Positions 56,101 to 64,000 of a DNA stretch of 64,000 bases are shown here, in pieces. Location: assembly GCA_964057225.1 (NCBI GenBank), contig OZ059896.1:2790001-2854000 (forward strand), in the 5' to 3' direction. How positions within the stretch are numbered: position 1 is the stretch's first letter; the number at the start of each line of letters is the position of its first letter. A program made the translations under genes and the position numbers. Source of the stretch: Auanema rhodensis. Lineage: Eukaryota > Animalia > Nematoda. Under the pieces are notes generated by a model that was given only the letters and a program-made list of their open reading frames with translations, did no database searches and had not been told where the DNA came from.

Positions 56101-57889
56101 TAGCATAAATTAAAGTTCACGTAAATTTCAAAGTCATGGTTACCATGAACCAATATCAATAAAAATTTGTTTTTAGACTAATATGGACATGGGGAATCTA
56201 ATTTTGGAAACCGCATCTCTTTATCTTTTACGTGAAGCGAGTTACATACCAAGTGCACATCACGTGTACATTTAATTAGCATAAATTAAAGTTCACGTAA
56301 ATTTCAAAGTCATGGTTACCATGAACCAATATCAATAAAAATTTGTTTTTAGACTAATATGGACATCGGGAATCTAATTTTGGTAACCGCATTTCTTTAT
56401 CTCTCACGTGAAGCGAGTTACATACCAAGTGCACATCACGTGTACACTTAATTAGCATAAATTAAAGTTCACGTAAATTTCAAAGTCATGGTTACCATGA
56501 ACCAATATCAATAAAAATTTGTTTTTAGACTAATATGGACATGGGGAATCTAATTTTGAAAACCGCATCTCTTTATCTTTCACGTGAAGCGAGTTACATA
56601 CCAAGTGCACATCACGTGTACATTTAATTAGCATAAATTAAAGTTCACGTAAATTTCAAAGTCATGGTTACCATGAACCAATATCAATAAAAATTTGTTT
56701 TTAGACTAATATGGACATGGGGAATCTAATTTCGGAAACCGCATCTATTTACCTTTCACGTGAAGCGAGTTACATACCAAGTGCACATCACGTGTACATT
56801 TAATTAGCATAAATTAAAGTTCACGTAAATTTCAAAGTCATGGTTACAATGCACCAATATCAATAAAAATTTGTTTTTAGACTAATATGGACATGGGGAA
56901 TCTAATTTTGAAAACCGCATTTCTTTATCTCTCACGTGAAGCGAGTTACATACCAAGTGCACATCACGTGTACATTTAATTAGCATAAATTAAAGTTCAC
57001 GTAAATTTCAAAGTCATGGTTACCATGAACCAATAACAATAAAAATTTGTTTTTAGACTAATATGGACATGAGGAATCTAATTTTAAAAACCGCATCTCT
57101 TCATCTTTCACGTGAAGCGAGTTACATACCAAGTGCACATCACGTGTACATTTAATTAGCATAAATTAAAGTTCACGTAAATTTCAAAGTCATGGTTACA
57201 ATGCACCAATATCAATAAAAATTTGTTTTTAGACTAATATGGACATGGGGAATCTAATTTTGTAAACCGCATTTCTTTATCTCTCACGTGAAGCGAGTTA
57301 CATACCAAGTGCACATCACGTGTACATTTAATTAGCATAAATTAAAGTTCACGTAAATTTCAAAGTCATGGTTACCATGAACCAATATCAATAAAAATTT
57401 GTTTTTAGACTAATATGGACATGGGGAATCTAATTTTGGAAACCGCATCTCTTTATCTTTTACGTGAAGCGAGTTACATACCAAGTGCACATCACGTGTA
57501 CATTTAATTAGCATAAATTAAAGTTCACGTAAATTTCAAAGTCATGGTTACCATGAACCAATATCAATAAAAATTTGTTTTTAGACTAATATGGACATGG
57601 GGAATCTAATTTTGAAAACTGCATCTCTTTATCTTTCACGTGAAGCGAGTTACATACCAAGTGCACATCACGTGTACATTTAATTAGCATAAATTAAAGT
57701 TCACGTAAAATTCAAAGTCATGGTTACGATGAACCAATATCAATAAAAATTTGTTTTTAGACTAATATGGTCATGTGGAATCTAATTTTGAAAACCGCAT
57801 CTCTTTATCTTTCACGTGAAGCGAGTTACATACTGAGTGCACATCACGTGTACATTTCATTAGCATAAATTAAAGTTCACGTAAATTTC
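53139..57889. repeat. Domain III: transition zone with more diverged monomers
   Basis: Private or multi-variant monomers at 53139, 53491 (175 bp), 55954, 56306, 56658, 57010 and 57714; short return of CCTAG monomers at 55426-55953. Confidence 0.75.
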
Positions 57890-60800
57890 AAAGTCATGGT
57901 TACCATGAACCAATATCAATAAAAATTTGTTTTTAGACTAATATGGACATGAGGAATCTAATTTTGAAAACCGCATCTCTTCATCTTTCACGTGAAGCGA
58001 GTTACATACCAAGTGCACATCACGTGTACATTTAATCAGCATAAATTAAAGTTCACGTAAATTTCAAAGTCATGGTTACCATGAACCAATATCAATAAAA
58101 ATTTGTTTTTAGACTAATATGGACATGGGGAATCTAATTTTGAAAACCGCATCTATTTATCTTTCACGTGAAGCGAGTTACATACCAAGTGCACATCACG
58201 TGTACATTTAATTAGCATAAATTAAAGTTCACGTAAATTTCAAAGTCATGGTTACCATGAACCAATATCAATAAAAATTTGTTTTTAGACTAATATGGAC
58301 ATGAGGAATCTAATTTTGAAAACCGCATCTCTTCATCTTTCACGTGAAGCGAGTTACATACCAAGTGCACATCACGTGTACATTTAATTAGCATAAATTA
58401 AAGTTCACGTAAATTTCAAAGTCATGGTTACCATGAACCAATATCAATAAAAATTTGTTTTTAGACTAATATGGACATGGGGAATCTAATTTTGAAAACC
58501 GCATCTCTTTATCTTTCACGTGAAGCGAGTTACATACCAAGTGCACATCACGTGTACATTTAATTAGCATAAATTAAAGTTCACGTAAATTTCAAAGTCA
58601 TGGTTACCATGAACCAATATCAATAAAAATTTGTTTTTAGACTAATATGGACATGAGGAATCTAATTTTGAAAACCGCATCTCTTTATCTTTCACGTGAA
58701 GCGAGTTACATACCAAGTGCACATCACGTGTACATTTAATTAGCATAAATTAAAGTTCACGTAAATTTCAAAGTCATGGTTACCATGAACCAATATCAAT
58801 AAAAATTTGTTTTTAGACTAATATGAACATGAGGAATCTAATTTTGAAAACCGCATCTCTTCATCTTTCACGTGAAGCGAGTTACATACCAAGTGCACAT
58901 CACGTGTACATTTAATTAGCATAAATTAAAGTTCACGTAAATTTCAAAGTCATGGTTACCATTAACCAATATCAATAAAAATTTGTTGTTAGACTAATAT
59001 GGACATGGGGAATCTAATTTTGAAAACCGCATCTCTTTATCTTTCACGTGAAGCGAGTTACATACCAAGTGCACATCACGTGTACATTTAATTAGCATAA
59101 ATTAAAGTTCACGTAAATTTCAAAGTCATGGTTACCATGAACCAATATCAATAAAAATTTGTTTTTAGACTAATATGGACATGGGGAATCTAATTTTGAA
59201 AACCGCATCTCTTTATCTTTCACGTGAAGCGAGTTACATACCAAGTGCACATCACGTGTACATTAAATTAGCATAAATTAAAGTTCACGTAAATTTCAAA
59301 GTCATGGTTACCATGAACCAATATCAATAAAAATCTGTTTTTAGACTAATTTGGACATGGGGAATCTAATTTTGAAAACCGCATCTATTTATCTTTCACG
59401 TGAAGCGAGTTACATACCAAGTGCACATCACGTGTACATTTAATTAGCATAAATTAAAGTTCACGTAAATTTCAAAGTCATGGTTACCATGAACCAATAT
59501 CAATAAAAATTTGTTTTTAGACTAATATGGACATGGGGCATCTAATTTTGAAAACCGCATCTCTTCATCTTTCACGTGAAGCGAGTTACATACCAAGTGC
59601 ACATCACGTGTACATTTAATTAGCAAAAATTAAAGTTAACGTAAATTTCAAAGTCATGGTTACCATGAACCAATATCAATAAAAATTTGTTTTTAGACTA
59701 ATATGGACATGGGGAATCTAATTTTGAAAACCGCATCTCTTTATCTTTCACGTGAAGCGAGTTACATACCAAGTGCACATCACGTGTACATTTAATTAGC
59801 ATAAATTAAAGTTCACGTAAATTTCAAAGTCATGGTTACCATGAACCAATATCAATAAAAATTTGTTTTTAGACTAATATGGACATGGGGAATCTAATTT
59901 TGAAAACCGCATCTCTTTATCTTTCACGTGAAGCGAGTTACATACCAAGTGCACATCACGTGTACATTTAATTAGCATAAATTAAAGTTCACGTAAATTT
60001 CAAAGTCATGGTTACCATGAACCAATATCAATAAAAATTTGTTTTTAGACTAATATGGACATGGGGAATCTAATTTTGAAAACCGCATCTCTTTATCTTT
60101 CACGTGAAGCGAGTTACATACCAAGTGCACATCACGTGTACATTTAATTAGCATAAATTAAAGTTCACGTAAATTTCAAAGTCATGGTTACCATGAACCA
60201 ATATCAATAAAAATTTGTTTTTAGACTAATATGAACATGAGGAATCTAATTTTGAAAACCGCATCTCTTCATCTTTCACGTGAAGCGAGTTACATACCAA
60301 GTGCACATCACGTGTACATTTAATTAGCATAAATTAAAGTTCACGTAAATTTCAAAGTCATGGTTACCATTAACCAATATCAATAAAAATTTGTTGTTAG
60401 ACTAATATGGACATGGGGAATCTAATTTTGGAAACCGCATCTCTTTATCTTTCACGTGAAGCGAGTTACATACCAAGTGCACATCACGTGTACATTTAAT
60501 TAGCATAAATTAAAGTTCACGTAAATTTCAAAGTCATGGTTACCATGAACCAATATCAATAAAAATTTGTTTTTAGACTAATATGGACATGGGGAATCTA
60601 ATTTTGAAAACCGCATCTCTTTATCTTTCACGTGAAGCGAGTTACATACCAAGTGCACATCACGTGTACATTAAATTAGCATAAATTAAAGTTCACGTAA
60701 ATTTCAAAGTCATGGTTACCATGAACCAATATCAATAAAAATCTGTTTTTAGACTAATTTGGACATGGGGAATCTAATTTTGAAAACCGCATCTATTTAT

Positions 60801-63800
60801 CTTTCACGTGAAGCGAGTTACATACCAAGTGCACATCACGTGTACATTTAATTAGCATAAATTAAAGTTCACGTAAATTTCAAAGTCATGGTTACCATGA
60901 ACCAATATCAATAAAAATTTGTTTTTAGACTAATATGGACATGGGGAATCTAATTTTGAAAACCGCATCTCTTCATCTTTCACGTGAAGCGAGTTACATA
61001 CCAAGTGCACATCACGTGTACATTTAATTAGCAAAAATTAAAGTTAACGTAAATTTCAAAGTCATGGTTACCATGAACCAATATCAATAAAAATTTGTTT
61101 TTAGACTAATATGGACATGGGGAATCTAATTTTGAAAACCGCATCTCTTTATCTTTCACGTGAAGCGAGTTACATACCAAGTGCACATCACGTGTACATT
61201 TAATTAGCATAAATTAAAGTTCACGTAAATTTCAAAGTCATGGTTACCATGAACCAATATCAATAAAAATTTGTTTTTAGACTAATATGGACATGGGGAA
61301 TCTAATTTCGAAAACCGCATCTATTTATCTTTCACGTGAAGCGAGTTACATACCAAGTGCACATCACGTGTACATTTAATTAGCATAAATTAAAGTTCAC
61401 GTAAATTTCAAAGTCATGGTTACCATGAACCAATATCAATAAAAATTTGTTTTTAGACTAATTTGGACATGGGGAATCTAATTTCGAAAACCGCATCTAT
61501 TTATCTTTCACGTGAAGCGAGTTACATACCAAGTGCACATCACGTGTACATTTAATTAGCATAAATTAAAGTTCACGTAAATTTCAAAGTCATGGTTACC
61601 ATGAACCAATATCAATAAAAATTCGTTTTTAGACTAATATGGACATGGGGAATCTAATTTCGAAAACCGCATCTCTTTATCTTTCACGTGAAGCGAGTTA
61701 CATACCAAGTGCACATCACGTGTACATTTAATTAGCATAAATTAAAGTTCACGTAAATTTCAAAGTCATGGTTACCATGAACCAATATCAATAAAAATTT
61801 GTTTTTAGACTAATATGGACATGGGGAATCTAATTTTGGAAACCGCATCTCTTTATCTTTCACGTGAAGCGAGTTACATACCAAGTGCACATCACGTGTA
61901 CATTTAATTAGCATAAATTAAAGTTCACGTAAATTTCAAAGTCATGGTTACCATGAACCAATATCAATAAAAATTTGTTTTTAGACTAATATGGACATGG
62001 GGAATCTAATTTCGAAAACCGCATCTATTTATCTTTCACGTGAAGCGAGTTACACACCAAGTGCACATCACGTGTACATTTAATTAGCATAAATTAAAGT
62101 TCACGTAAATTTCAAAGTCATGGTTACCATGAACCAATATCAATAAAAATTTGTTTTTAGACTAATATGGACATGGGGAATCTAATTTCGAAAACCGCAT
62201 CTATTTATCTTTCACGTGAAGCGAGTTACATACCAAGTGCACATCACGTGTACATTTAATTAGCATAAATTAAAGTTCACGTAAATTTCAAAGTCATGGT
62301 TACCATGAACCAATATCAATAAAAATTTGTTTTTAGACTAATATGGACATGGGGAATCTAATTTTGAAAACCGCATCTCTTCATCTTTCACGTGAAGCGA
62401 GTTACATACCAAGTGCACATCACGTGTACATTTAATTAGCAAAAATTAAAGTTAACGTAAATTTCCAAGTCATGGTTACCATGAACCAATATCAATAAAA
62501 ATTTGTTTTTAGACTAATATGGACATGGGGAATCTAATTTTGTAAACCGCATCTCTTCATCTTTCACGTGAAGCGAGTTACATACCAAGTGCACATCACG
62601 TGTACATTTAATTAGCATAAATTAAAGTTCACGTAAATTTCAAAGTCATGGTTACCATGAACCAATATCAATAAAAATTTGTTTTTAGACTAATATGGAC
62701 ATGGGGAATCTAATTTCGAAAACCGCATCTATTTATCTTTCACGTGAAGCGAGTTACATACCAAGTGCACATCACGTGTACATTTAATTAGCATAAATTA
62801 AAGTTCACGTAAATTTCAAAGTCATGGTTACCATGAACCAATATCAATAAAAATTTGTTTTTAGACTAATTTGGACATGGGGAATCTAATTTCGAAAACC
62901 GCATCTATTTATCTTTCACGTGAAGCGAGTTACATACCAAGTGCACATCACGTGTACATTTAATTAGCATAAATTAAAGTTCACGTAAATTTCATAGTCA
63001 TGGTTACCATGAACCAATATCAATAAAAATTTGTTTTTAGACTAATTTGGACATGGGGAATCTAATTTTGAAAACCGCATCTATTTATCTTTCACGTGAA
63101 GCGAGTTACATACCAAGTGCACATCACGTGTACATTTAATTAGCATAAATTAAAGTTCACGTAAATTTCAAAGTCATGGTTACCATGAACCAATATCAAT
63201 AAAAATTTGTTTTTAGACTAATATGGACATGGGGAATCTAATTTTGGAAACCGCATCTCTTTATCTTTCACGTGAAGCGAGTTACATACCAAGTGCACAT
63301 CACGTGTACATTTAATTAGCATAAATTAAAGTTCACGTAAATTTCAAAGTCATGGTTACCATGAACCAATATCAATAAAAATTTGTTTTTAGACTAATAT
63401 GGACATGGGGAATCTAATTTCGAAAACCGCATCTATTTATCTTTCACGTGAAGCGAGTTACACACCAAGTGCACATCACGTGTACATTTAATTAGCATAA
63501 ATTAAAGTTCACGTAAATTTCAAAGTCATGGTTACCATGAACCAATATCAATAAAAATTTGTTTTTAGACTAATATGGACATGGGGAATCTAATTTCGGA
63601 AACCGCATCTATTTATCTTTCACGTGAAGCGAGTTACATACCAAGTGCACATCACGTGTACATTTAATTAGCATAAATTAAAGTTCACGTAAATTTCAAA
63701 GTCATGGTTACCATGAACCAATATCAATAAAAATTTGTTTTTAGACTAATATGGACATGGGGAATCTAATTTTGAAAACCGCATCTCTTTATCTTTCACG

Positions 63801-64000
63801 TGAAGCGAGTTACATACCAAGTGCACATCACGTGTACATTTAATTAGCATAAATTAAAGTTCACGTAAATTTCAAAGTCATGGTTACCAGGAACCAATAT
63901 CAATAAAAATTTGTTTTTAGACTAATATGGACATGGGGAATCTAATTTCGAAAACCGCATCTATTTATCTTTCACGTGAAGCGAGTTACATACCAAGTGC
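57890..64000. repeat. Domain IV: distinct subfamily (19A fixed) with 8-monomer (1408-bp) periodicity
   Basis: No ATGCACC, TATAAAG or GATTAAT alleles. Its own variants (TTTCGAAA, CTATTT, CTTCAT, AGCAAAAA+GTTAAC) recur at 1408-bp spacing, e.g. monomers 59474/60882/62290. Confidence 0.85.

Larger units (their letters stand above)
1..64000. repeat. Tandem satellite DNA array, 176-bp monomer, 363 full copies plus one 127-bp partial copy; runs off both window edges
   Basis: AAAGTCATGG recurs at 1, 177, 353 (as AAAGACATGG), 2641, 5281 and onward to 63874. Register check: 363 x 176 = 63888, minus 15 bp of deletions in nine short monomers = 63873, matching the last monomer start at 63874. No non-satellite sequence and no orientation change seen. 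Confidence 0.99.
1..64000. other. Putative centromeric/pericentromeric heterochromatin of a eukaryote
   Basis: Inference from the nucleosome-scale monomer length, ~68% AT, very high homogeneity, HOR structure and absence of insertions. No direct evidence such as CENH3/CENP-A occupancy is available from sequence; a subtelomeric or interstitial satellite is also possible. Confidence 0.6.

Noticed and set aside
1-64000. CRISPR array or other repeat-spacer system
   Set aside because: The entire 176 bp is repeated; there are no unique spacers, leader or cas genes.
1-64000. Embedded transposon, telomeric repeat or inversion
   Set aside because: The monomer register accounts for every base (363 monomers, 15 bp of deletions, 127-bp tail), leaving no room for insertions, and orientation is constant.

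Overview
The whole 64 kb window is one uninterrupted, single-orientation, head-to-tail tandem satellite array with a 176-bp monomer of about 32% GC. It holds 363 complete monomers plus a final 127-bp partial copy. Consensus in the phase of position 1: AAAGTCATGGTTACCATG(A/C)ACCAATATCAATAAAAATTTGTTTTTA(G/A)ACTAATATGGACATGGGGAATCTAATTTTGAAAACCGCATCTCTTTATCTTTCACGTGAAGCGAGTTACATACC(A/T)AGTGCACATCACGTGTACATTTAATTAGCATAAATTAAAGTTCACGTAAATTTC. I found no genes, RNA genes, transposon insertions, inversions or CRISPR spacers. Size, AT-richness and homogeneity (most copies differ from consensus at only a few positions) fit a eukaryotic centromeric or pericentromeric satellite, but I cannot name the family or organism, and centromere function is inference only. 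The information lies in two places. First, the monomer has five short dyad symmetries and three TCACGT (E-box/G-box/CDEI-like) cores spaced 32-33 bp apart. Second, the ordering of single-base variants reveals an irregular 5/6-monomer higher-order repeat (HOR), local 6-, 7-, 8-, 10-, 11- and ~22-monomer duplications, chimeric junction monomers, and a switch to a different subfamily at about 53-58 kb. All variant typing was done by eye. Positions such as 47A refer to the position within the 176-bp monomer. I see no evidence of a novel protein-coding system.
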